Assembly (NCBI RefSeq): GCF_026571515.1
Contig: NW_026865317.1
Coordinates: 1 to 64,000, forward strand
Length of the DNA stretch: 64,000 nt
Origin: Ruditapes philippinarum
Taxonomy: Eukaryota
Direction of reading: 5' to 3'
Part shown: piece after piece, positions 36,595 through 48,468 of the stretch
Layout of the letters: the number at the start of each line of letters is the position of its first letter
How positions within the stretch are numbered: the stretch's first letter is position 1
Program-made: the position numbers and the translations under genes
Notes under the pieces: generated by a model
What the model was told of the DNA's origin: nothing
Database searches by the model: none
Seen by the model: only the letters and a program-made list of their open reading frames with translations

Positions 36595-39500
36595 ATGATT
36601 TTGATGAGGAAGACCAAATGGATTTTAACTACGAAATACCTTTGTTTAATAATTCTATTCAGTTTCATTATGTGGATAAATTTGGTGCCAAATGTTGAAG
36701 AAATTCATATATTTTACAATCGGGAAAACGCGGGAAAATTTTATCTAAATAGGAATCCTTTTCTGGTGAATTATTCACATGCTGAATCACAAAGAAATGA
36801 AAGCAAAGTTGCTCGAAGTGGCAGACTATTTCAGAGTTTTAAAAGATCTAATGTTTCCAAATTCGATTCTAAAGACTACCATTTACTACATAGACATAAT
36901 AAAGCACCTGTACATAAAATATTTCAATCTTTTGGACAAGACTTTGGTAGCCAAATTAATGAACCGGACTTTAAGAAAATGCACGATTTCCAGCTTTACG
37001 TAAGTATTTCCCTATATTATGTCTGTAATAAAATATTATTGAAATACTATGTTGTGTCATCGAATTTCAATTTCTAGACTTTAAATAAGAGTATTATAAA
37101 CCGATATATATTGACACTTTAGAAATACATGTATACGAAATGCATGAATGCTCACAATCCAGATGAATTTTTGAATGTACAATGCAAAATACCGCCAAAT
37201 TTACTATTTTGATCCCAACGAACAATTAGTTTTCGAAAGCTTGACGGTTACTATAGAAACACGTCCAGACAGTGTTCTGGCTTTGTATTATTGAGACATA
37301 TTCGTTAATTAAGTAGGACTCAGTCTCCAAAGACCATAGTTAAAACACTAGATTCAATGCTTTAAGTTTTCCGCTACAAAATGAGTTTAGCTCCGGAACC
37401 TATTTGATACCTAACAAAATTTTCCATTGCAGTTAAAGCCCCGGTATTTAAATTCGTATAAGAACCCATGCTTTTTAAAGAATGTGACTTTTGGTGCGCA
37501 CAATGCATCCCGAGAGATAGAAAGGCTACAATGTGTTCCATTTTTCATGATTGTTGGTTTCCCCAAATGTGGAACAACTGATCTATGGTCCAAATTGAAA
37601 CAGCATCCTCAAGTGTCGTGGCTACACGCGAAAGAAATTAATTTTTTCAACAAAAAGCAATATGGTGAGTTAAGTTTTAAAAATAGAAAGAAATAAAGAA
37701 TCCTTAACGAAAGCACAAAACGACTAAATTGAAAATGTTGCAGGCTCGGTTTGATTGAGCCTGTTCATTGACGGTAATGAAAAGTGCAAGTGGAATTTTG
37801 AAACATCCACAGATGTATTGAAAATTTATTTTCATCATATGAAGAGAGTAAAGTAACAAAGAGCAGTACTGTAAATTTCAAGAATAAAATCAGATTTTTT
37901 GTTTTGTTTTAAAAATTCCTTAATCATACATGTATTTATAATAAGGTTGCATTAGAATGGCAAGATGGGTGCATAATCTTGTAACAATCTGTATGGTGAG
38001 GGAGATATCTTATGTGTGAGAGATATACTATGCCGTAATTTGTTGTCAGAATATTGATGATTGCTACGTAGTCTCTTTGTTAATATAAAGAAAACATGTT
38101 TTCACACAAAGTAGATATGTTATCATACTATAGGTGGTCTCAAAATGAATATATAGTATCACAAAAACAAATGATCTGATATAGGGATGAACAGGCTTTT
38201 TATCCTTTGATCGAAACACATTAACTAGGTTCAGCTAAAATTTCATCAGATTTCAAATTAATTTCTGTGATAAAATTATACTTTTACCCAGATAATGAAG
38301 TCATAATTTAAATAAACTTAAATGTAAGCCAGCGCCATGACAAAACAAACAAAATGGTTGCGAAATATGGATTAAACCAAACTGGTACCACTTCAGTTTT
38401 TGCATAGTAATCAGTCTGCTTGCTCAAATTTCTAATTTCTTCTAATTTAAATGTTTGTATTGCAACACATGGATCCTGATTCATATGCCGTTTTATTGTT
38501 TATTAGCATAGTTCATTATAAAAAAATTTTGCTCATTGTGGATTGAAATATTTCATGTTGTTTTGTTACTGAAATATTGATGACTTCAAAATTAGTATTG
38601 CCTTACCCAAACCATTGATGAATGATATATATGTCCTACATTTTAGATTACATGACAGTTGACAATGCTGTGGATTTTTACCAGCGTAGCATAAGTGCTT
38701 CAACGGAACAAATCAAGAAATGTGTTCCTGAGAAAATGAATGATTTAAACCCGTGCATAACTGGTAAACCACTTTCTAGGGGTTTTCCGCATATTATAAT
38801 TATGTAGTTATACTTCTTAAAGCTCAAAATTATTATATTAATAACATTTCTAATTTAAAATGTACTTCGTACTGCAACCATGATTATTTCATATGCCGTT
38901 TTTTAATGTATTCTAAAGGAAACAAGATTTTAGCTCATGTTTATGTGGAACATTGTAAAAGACAATGTATACATGTACAATTGCAAATACTTTAGTCATA
39001 CTGTAAATCACTACTCTTTAATTATAGGCTATTGTTCTTATCAAGCAATTCACAAAATAAAGAAAAGCAAGTTTATGTTAACACTATAATTAAGATTCGA
39101 CTGTTATGTTTGTAACTGTATATTTGTAAATGTCCTCTTTTTTCTCAAAAACTATTACGAAAAGAGTAACCACGCCTATAGTCACACTGTCTGGAATAAC
39201 AGACAATGTTGCACGGGACCGATCAAATGCCCGTTTTACTTACACATACATATTGAAATAAAACATTTAGGCATTCACAAGTGTTGAACATGGATCTTTA
39301 TCAGGACATACAAAATTTAGTTTTGTTGTTGTTGTTGTTTGTTTTTGTTTTTTTTTTTCATTTTGAGAAATACATTATGGGACCTCATATATAGATAACC
39401 GGTGGGTGAGTGGTCACCCACTTCAGTACGTGAAGTGGTGATAAACTAAAATGTGTGTGTATTTTAGTTTATTAAAACTCGCCACCGCTTTTCCATATGG

Positions 39501-42500
39501 ACGAGTCCTCCAGACGAGTATTAGTCATTTTGTTTTTTTATGGAAAGATACAAATACAGAAAGATACCCCAATTCCAGAATCATCTCCTGTTTTTTTTTA
39601 GCGTGCTAAGTGTTTAAACACTCGTGACCTAGATTTAAAGTCTCATCCGAAAGATTGATGAGTAATTATTTAGGAATTGGACACCAGCGTGGAATCGGAA
39701 CATGACTACCTGAGATCACGCAACCGATTAACCTTCGCCACTAAACGAGCATGATAAACGCGGTGCTGAAATCCACTGTTCGCCAAACTTTCAATAAACT
39801 AACGTACAAGTCTTAAAGCGCCGGGGGATTGTAACCATTGTATGGGGGAAATAATTATTTTTAAGAAATAACTTTTTGTAATTTCAAAATTTTCAAATTA
39901 TTTGCCCACTTCGTTTTAAAGAATAATCATTTTACTACGCAAAACGAAAAAATAAGTTTAAAAACTTCTAACTGATATCGGGTAGCTAAGACCCGCAGTA
40001 AATATTGGTTTCCAATTTTACTCTGGGTGTATTTTTTATTATCATTTACATAGTCTTTTGTTTTAAGTGCGACAGTTCATCCAGATAATTATATTTCTTA
40101 AACATTTTGAATTCGGTGGCAATCACAACTCGGCTTTCTCCGCGAATAGAACCAAAGGTACATATATCACACCACTATATTCGAAAATATGAAGGTCTAC
40201 TATACATGTATATTATACGCACGAAATATACGTGCTAAATCTAACTCTATATTTGGCAGGAAAATACATTTAGTGTATGCACAATATTCACATACTACGA
40301 ATTAAACTAACATTCAAGTAATAACATTAATATCTTATTTGTTTCTTTTCATGGATGAATTTAATTTTCAGGAGACGCTTCTGTTGACACTATTTTTGAT
40401 AACAAATTTTGGAGACAGTTACCAGGCAACGATATAAAACTTGAACCTGTGCTCACAAATGCAGATTATGTCCACAAAGTTAATCCGGACATGAAAATAA
40501 TCGTCCTTGTAAGGGAACCCGTTGAAAGGTAATTATTGTACAGGATGTAACTGTATTCAATGATATTGGCACCTAATTGATAACCTAATCGTCTAAAACA
40601 TATTCTTGCATTTAATAACATACTACGACTCAAAAATTGCGGGGAAAATGGGAAAATGTTATGTAAAATATAAGTATCTTGTGATTTTATTAAAGTAAAA
40701 CGGAAATATAAATTATCAAACTAAAGAAAATATTTTTGTGTTTTAATAACAATAAAAATCATGCAGTGTCTTATAATAGTGCAGCCAGCGCCCATGCACA
40801 AAATAAAATAGTTTGCCCGTTTGCGAACCACCATGCTGATCAACCAGATAGCCCTGCGAACTCCGGCGGCCATGTCTGATTCTAGGGGAAACATTTGCTT
40901 GTTTGCTTTCCACAACACCTATAAAAAGTAGAAGAAAACTTTGCAAAAATTAGCGAACAGCATGGAAAATTTTTGATCAACATTTCAGCAAGCGCAGTGT
41001 TCTGCTTTCTTTCATTACTAGGTCGTAAACCTCATTTACGTTTGGTTTTTATTATATATTAATGGATTGTATTCAGACTATATCTACATGTCATCATTCA
41101 TTGGTTATGTTCCCAGCCCTGAGGATTTCCATACCACCGTAGTATACAGAATCAGAAACTTTACTTCTTGTCGACAACACCGCAAACTTAGAGCATGTGC
41201 ATACGATGTTTATGACGATTGGAATATACACACTTACAAGGTTGTTCACAAAGATATGAGCCGCGTCATGACAAAACCAACATAATGGGTTTGCGACCGG
41301 CATGGATCTAGACCAGCCTGCGCATCCGCGCAGTCTGATCAGGGTCCATTCTGTCCGCTTACAAACCCTAAAACAAGCATAGAGAAACTGATAGCGAACA
41401 GCATGGATCCTGATCAGACCGCGCGGATGCCCAGGCTGGTCTGGATCCATGCTGATCGCAAACCCATTATGTTGATTTTGTCGTGACGCGGCTCAATTAT
41501 AATATTACCGTGTATAATTAAGCACATTCTATGCAACACCAAGGTCCTGCTCTTACAAAAGCATTCATAAAATAGCGATGGCAAGATTCAAGTTTATATA
41601 TGTAAGTGGGATCATTTTAACATAGAACATGTCAAATAATAAGCACTCTGAGTGAAGATCATAACAAACTGTTACTTGAAACAACATAAACCTTGATAAC
41701 AAGCGACTGTAACGTGACTAAAGTGACAAAATAAGTAATTTCTGGTCAAAACAATTGGTTACGCGATATATGAAAAGCACTGTAATTTTCAGTATTAACA
41801 AAGTTAACAAACTATGACTAGAATGTGCCCTCTAATTTTAGGTTCGGTTAAGTGTGGGAATGTACTCTATATTTCTAGACGACTGGCTGAAGGTGTTTCC
41901 TCGACATAACGTTCTAGTTGTTAAATCAGAGGACACAAGAGGACGAAATGAAAGGAGCACGTTTAAGAAAATACTACAATTTCTTGGGCTAAGTAAAGAT
42001 TTATTCAAACATAAACAATTTGATTAAACTAATTAATGATTTACATGTAAAATTAACTTTAGTGATAAGTTTCCTTAGATTATGATAATTAATTAAGGCT
42101 TCTAGCGACGAGAAAAATAAAGAAGATATGCATATTTTTATAAGTTTATATATGTTTCTTAATTCGGGGGTATTTCTTTGAATAACGCACTAGTTTAACA
42201 ATGAACCCTCGTATTAGATAGGTGGACAATTTAAAAATAGGTGGACGATTAAAAAAAAAAGTAAAAATGCCTTTAATACTTTTGCTCTTATTCCATTGTA
42301 TTCAAATCGAATGCAGGGAGTTAGTGTCTACAATATGTTACTAATGCTATTTAAGTGAAATTTAGAAAGAGTAAGTGCCTGCAATATTTATGTCTTACAC
42401 ATTACTACTTCTGAATGTGAGAATAAGAAATAGTCAATGTCTGCAATACTTTTAGTATTATTATAATCACAGTTACTAATAAACAAATACTCTAAGTCTT

Positions 42501-43595
42501 ACTCACTGCTATTAAAATGCATGAATTAAAATTAGCTGGTGTCTACAATCCTCTATGTTACAATTATAAAGTCAATGTCTGAAATACTTAAATTATCACT
42601 TATCATGTTTTTATCATTTAAATTAATGCTTTTCTAAGTGAAAACTAGAGCTATAGACTCTAGTTGTTGTCTGCAATTATTTGAGTCTAAATCATACTCA
42701 TTAACTGAGAGATACCAATTATTAGTTGCTTGGTACTATTACATTAGTCGATGGGCCTTCAGTACTTTAACTCTCACTCAGTTTTATTCTAAAGTGGTAA
42801 TTGGACCATTATTCCGTATCGCACCATTTCACCTCGCTTAAAAATTATCGCACCGCTATACGTTCGACCCCCTGATTAGAAGTAGTTGTTGTCTGCAATA
42901 GATTGCTATTTAAAGCGAGAATATTTACCTTGAAAATGATAACTAGAAAGATGAAAGAATTCTACGTAAATTTAAATAAATATTGATCTACGAGTAAGTT
43001 TTTAGATCATATCAACTTAACGATTTTCCGTTTCGTACTTTGTATCTTTTTTATCGGTCAATGCGTTTCTTTCTTATAAATTTTCACCGCTTAATGATAA
43101 CGATTTATTATTTTTAACAATTAAGAGACTTGAAATTTCGTTTTCTTTATTTTATTTTATAATTTTTATTTTTTGAATCGGTTCATTCATTAGTTAGTCT
43201 TGTAGCTATTAACAGGCTTGCACATAGCTAAGCTGTCAATTGAAAATAGAATCCTATGTGGTACGTGCTTGTTATACTATTTATGCACGTGCCTACTGAT
43301 GTGAACATATCATAGTCACGTTTGTACATGAAAGACAGACAGATAGACAGACAGACAGACAGACAGTGTAATACATTGTTTTTTTTTAATGTTATTGTTG
43401 TTCTGTTGTGTTTTTTTTTTTGCAGTCATGCCGACAAGAAAGTATATTAGCGAAATTAACAGCGAAAGGACATACAATAATCAAAGAAATGCGGACAGTA
43501 AACCGATGTTAACAAAAACAAAGTTAATGCTACACGAGTTTTACAAGGCGTTTAACAGAGACCTTCAAATTCTCTTGCCACATATACAGTATTAA
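36595..43595 (+). CDS. Carbohydrate sulfotransferase 15-like (GalNAc4S-6ST family), type II membrane protein
   Basis: Exons 36595-36999 (TM + stem), 37433-37664 (KNPCF..RLQCVPFFMIVGFPKCGTTDL, 5'-PSB), 38647-38763, 40372-40528 (GDAS..KIIVLVREPVER, 3'-PB), 41066-41240 (LYSDY), 41842-41992 (VRLSVGMYSIFLDDWLKVFP), 43426-43595 (EFYKAFN). Phases consistent, but the acceptor before 41066 is GG. One-to-one orthology to CHST15 is not established. Confidence 0.88.
41257..41495. mobile_element. MITE family A, copy 3
   Basis: Full palindrome TGAGCCGCGTCATGAC...GTCGTGACGCGGCTCA. Confidence 0.9.
43333..43365. repeat. (GACA)n microsatellite
   Basis: Directly visible. Confidence 0.9.
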
Positions 43596-43829
43596 GGGCG
43601 GTTTACAAAGTTGAAATATATTTATATACTTCACAAAGCTTTTTTTTACTATTTGTCAAACTTTGTTCCGCATTCATAAGGTATGATTGTTAATAAACCT
43701 TTTTGGTAACAAAAAATTCCTAATATCGATGTCCAATGAAGAAAAACTTTGAAGTACCAGGAGAGAAATAACACATGTTCTCACACTTTACACATCACGT
43801 GATAACAAACATAATTATACTAGTTCTAA

Positions 43830-44100
43830 GTGTCTTCCGTTTTGAAGCTGCCAGGATATGGAACAGTCTCCCTAGTGGTGATATCAGAAAAAGTAGAAAA
43901 CTTCAAACAATTTGGGAGATTGATCGACACCTGAACAGGTCCAAGACTGAAGTATTCTATGTGTCGCTTGCTAATCTTTTATTAAACACAATTGTCTTTT
44001 ACTTGTACTTTGTGTGTGTCATATGGTTCATGACTGTGTAAACAGCACGTTTTTATATATTTGATTGCATTATTTATTTATTTATTTATTTATTTATTAT
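43830..44100 (+). mobile_element. 3' tip of a LINE (L2/CR1 group) with (ATTT)n
   Basis: FRFEAARIWNSLP is a typical ORF2 C-terminal motif; AT-rich 3' region follows. Confidence 0.55.
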
Positions 44101-45366
44101 TCTTAGGTTATTTGTTTGTCTGTCCCAGTATTGTAACATCTTTGCTTTATATATGTTTGTATATGATTATATGTATAGTCTTTTAATTCTGTATTCTTAT
44201 ACCTATAGATAGCTGAAATATCCTGTAACTCAATTTAATTTTTTTATGGTTTAATATTATAAATATAATGCTCAATGAAGATTTGTCAATATTGTAAGTT
44301 CCAAAAGGCATTATTAGTAAATATATTACCAAATTTACATTTCATGCTAAGAAAGGCAGATAATTAGATTTTTTTCTATAAAGTCTATGTCAAATTTTTC
44401 AATTAGAAATGAATGCATGTATTTTAATGATTACATATAATGTGGACAAATATTTGCAGTACATATTTTACATATTCTTCGATGTTTGAAAATTGTTTTA
44501 GAAGCATAATTATTTACATATATAAAATTTCACTTAAGTGTGGTAACAACTTTAATTACAACATACAGGATCTTAAATATATTTTTTTATTTTGTTTTTA
44601 TCATTATTTGCGTTGTGTGATAGTGGCCTGCAGCTTTCTTGTTTTTATATACATGTACATGTGACTCCACTAAGTTTTTGTTGTTGTTATTTATTATTAT
44701 TTTTTTCTTTTGTTGTTGTGTTTTTGTTGTTTTTTTATGTTGTTGTTGTTGTTTAAACTAGCGGGACTTGAAATATTCACGCCGTTTTACCGGAATAATC
44801 ATTTTTATTAACAATGACCAAGATATGACGACGTTCTTTCACTAAAACTGGAGTACTATCGATTATAATATAATTCCGAATATGTTTTTATATTATATAC
44901 ATTTATATTATTGTCCTTTGTATGTTTTTAAATATCATGTTTTTGGGCAGTTTTACCTCAATGGACTTTCTTCATTGAGAAGGTTCAGTTTCAATTGAGT
45001 GGACATGAAATACAATATTATAATTGTACATTTTTCAAAAAAATGTAATTTAGTCTTATGCAAAGAAGAAATAAATAGGCTATTTTTAGGTAAAATGTAT
45101 TGAATAAATCTGGTGGTATTCAACTTTATCTTAATGAGGAAATAGACAGCTGGCTATACAAACGTTTACAACAACAATTATTTCGGTTTGCAGTGGGATA
45201 ATTATCTTGAGACAAGGAAGGACTTGAGAAAATTGTATATCGGCTCTAGATCTTTTTACTCCTTAAATATTTCTTTCAGAAATACTAAAGTATTAAAATG
45301 ATGTTCCGGGCGACTTTGACAAATCTTATAAAAGGAGAAACGAAGACAGATTCATGACTGGATATA

Positions 45367-45590
45367 TGAGCCGCGACACGACATAACCAACATAGTGCGT
45401 TTGCGACCAGCATGGATCCAGACCAGCCTGCGCATCCGCGCAGTCTTATCAGGGCTTACCAGCCCTATTACAAGTAGAGAAACTGATAGCGAACAGCATG
45501 GATCCTGATCAGACTGCGCGGATGCGCAGGCTGGTCTTGATCCATGCTGGCTGCAAACGCATTACGTTGGTTTTGTCGTGACGCGGCTCA
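45367..45590. mobile_element. MITE family A, copy 4
   Basis: Near-full palindrome with a small deletion in the left arm. Confidence 0.9.
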
Positions 45591-46276
45591 TATTAATTTC
45601 TCAAAGACAATGGCAGAAATAGTGTTTGTCTCAAACATTTCAATAAAAAAAGTTCTGTTTTTTTGGTCAGACTTTAAAAACAACGAGATTGTATACATAA
45701 ATAAAAATATATACATGCATATGTAGTAATAGGCAAGTCTGTATGCTCCAAATTAAATGATAGAGAAATAATACATGTACTACTAAATATACAACATCTA
45801 CCCAATAGATCTCTTCAGCACATATGAAGCTCAGATGGAATTTTGACCGGTTATTCCTTTATTTTGAGACCAATCTCAATAAATGTTTCAATAAAGGTTT
45901 GTTTGAATGTTAAGCATCGTGTGGTGGTTAGATTTTGTGAAACTTTTGTGAAGCGACATTTTTTTCATACGCATTGCATATTTTTTGGGCGTACCTGAAA
46001 TAATATCTCGATGAAGACTGCATAAAAATCCGAACAAAAATGGATAAATATAGAGGAAAGCCAGGAGGGTAGAATCACATTTCGATTTTCTTAAAAAAAA
46101 GCTTTGAATTTTATAAAAATGTTTAGAATGTTGAAATCTAACCCTGTGATTGACCTTTTCTTCTCCTTCACATGTCGAGTTATACTGCACATCTGGAGCA
46201 GCGATAATTCACATATATTTTTTACCGATGCTCAATTTTGAGATCCATATGGGGTTCCACCCCCGTGTTACATTAA

Positions 46277-46866
46277 ACCCCAGTCACACTAGAGCTTACG
46301 ATAACTTGCGACCACCGGCGACTTGTAAAACTGGCGATCATCAGCGATTGTCTGCGACCGAAACCATTTTTGCACAGATAAATTTACTTTTGCGAGTATC
46401 GTAAGACAAGTCATCATTGACAATCGCACGACGGGTCATAAGTAAACGTACGATGGTCTCAAGATTGCGTGGGATTACTTACGACTACCCGTGACATAAC
46501 ATGCGATCACCTGCAACTTGTCGTACGACCATCACACGATTACTAAAGACTACTTAAGATTATCAGTGACTAGTGGCGATTTGTAAAGACTGTCGTAAGA
46601 TTGTCGCACTTCCGAAAGACCATCGTGCGACAGCCTTAAGACCTTATAAGATCACTAGCGACCTATTTGATCGCAAGGAGGTTTTTGTGCAAGCTCAAAA
46701 ACCTCTCTACGACTGAAATTGGTCGTGCGACCTAAATAAGATAACCTGCGACTGTCAAAGATCATCGATGACCGTCGTAAGACGTTTTAAAGATTGTCCG
46801 CGACCAGAGGTCACTGGTGATCGTGAACTGGTCTTCACTGGTCGTAAGCTCTAATGTGACTGGGGC
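46277..46866. mobile_element. MITE with about 25-bp TIRs flanked by TTAA
   Basis: CCCCAGTCACACTAGAGCTTACGA / TCGTAAGCTCTAATGTGACTGGGG; CpG-rich interior of short CGAC/GTCG repeats. Superfamily (PIF-Harbinger vs TTAA-targeting) is ambiguous. Confidence 0.85.
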
Positions 46867-47296
46867 TTAACAAAACAATCTTCTAGACCATAAATAAAAA
46901 AAAAATAATCTTTTAACAATGCGTCCAGTAAAAACTTAAGGGATTTGATACATTTCATAGTATACCTATAAATACTATTCATAAAGTCGAATTCTTGAGC
47001 TTTAAACAAACAAGAAAACACCATTAAAAACACAAACACAAGAGCACACAAAAACAAACTAGAAAACCAGCAAAAAATGAAATTCTGATTGTCAAAACTA
47101 AGTATGTTTGTCAAAATGGGAATTTCTTTTTTTATTAGGAGTTTATACACTTTTGTCTGTGTACGATGTTTTTGAAATATTAAACATAATAATGAACAGA
47201 ACATAATTGTATTAAAATAATAACAATCGCATTTTACACTTTATTTGTGCAGTAGCTGTGATGTTAAATCAAGTATTCAGCTAAATGAAGGGGAAA

Positions 47297-47497
47297 GAAT
47301 CCACGTCACGACAAAACCAACATAGTGGGTTTGCGACCAGCATGGATCCAGACCAGCCTGGGCATCCGCGCAGTCTGATCAGGATCCATGCTGTTCGCTT
47401 ACCAACTCTATAACAAGTAGAGAAACGGATGCGCAGGCTGGTCTGGATCCATGCTGGTCGCAAACCCATTATGTTGGTTTTGTCATGACACGGCTCA
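47297..47497. mobile_element. MITE family A, copy 5
   Basis: Same arms, deletion in the right arm. Confidence 0.88.
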
Positions 47498-48468
47498 AAT
47501 GATTTTTTGGCTATCAAATAATTTTCTTACACACTTATAATTAACCACTTAAAACATATTGAATGTCAACTGAAAGAATGAAATCAATTACAATGTATGG
47601 TGCATCCTTTTGCTCTTTTAAGCGGCAAAGAACACATGTGTACATTTTTTATTTTAATATAGCAAGAACAAAAACGATAAGAAATTTTGAACATACATGT
47701 ATTCAGTGTTGAACACAGCACACAAAAACATACACTTATATGTAATTCATCCTCAATACCTCGAAACACAAGTACAACACCATTTACGTCTTTGAAATAT
47801 ATATCATACATCGTGAAAGTCTGGTCTTATGCAAAGCGTTATACCACTATGCACATGAATGAATAAAAAAGTACATTATTCACCATTATCACCCTCAATT
47901 CGTGAATTTGAATGTACAGACCAAGAATAAATAAATCTGTTGAAATTGCCAGTCCAGCAACTCTTTCTAAAATTTATCAGCTTAATTTGTAATGCAAGAT
48001 TATATATTGGCCCCTATTATTTAGAAAAAAAAAACACATAAAAATCTTCAATATTATACTTTTTTGTCATGATACTTTCTTAGAATGTTTTACACTATTC
48101 ATCCATTCCATTCATTTGATTAATTTATAACACTGTACGTTTGTAACGCGCTTTTCAATGGAGAATCGTAGCGTTTATATAATCTATATAAACTGCTATT
48201 ATAGTAATTTTCGTTTTTCTTCAAATGCATAATTATGTTCTGCTGTATCATGATTCGTAATAAAGATGTCTGACATGTACTATGGTCATGTATAAACGGT
48301 TGTTTGCAATATAAACCTCGACTAGCCAACCATATAACCTAACGCTTATAACTATTGAATTAAATACAAAAATAAATAAAAATAATAATAATCATCAATG
48401 ACACCGTTCGTTTCAAACTGTATGATTTTACCATGGTTAATGATGAGCTCAGTGAAAGCGTAAATAAA

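Noticed and set aside
39580-39745. Minus-strand Deu/Nin-like SINE relic (GTCTCATCCGAAAGA)
   Set aside because: Too degenerate to delimit by eye.
41094-41450. ORFs with AWILIRLR/GWSGSM-type peptides (also at 1.8, 47.3, 49.1 kb)
   Set aside because: Translations of palindromic MITE family A.
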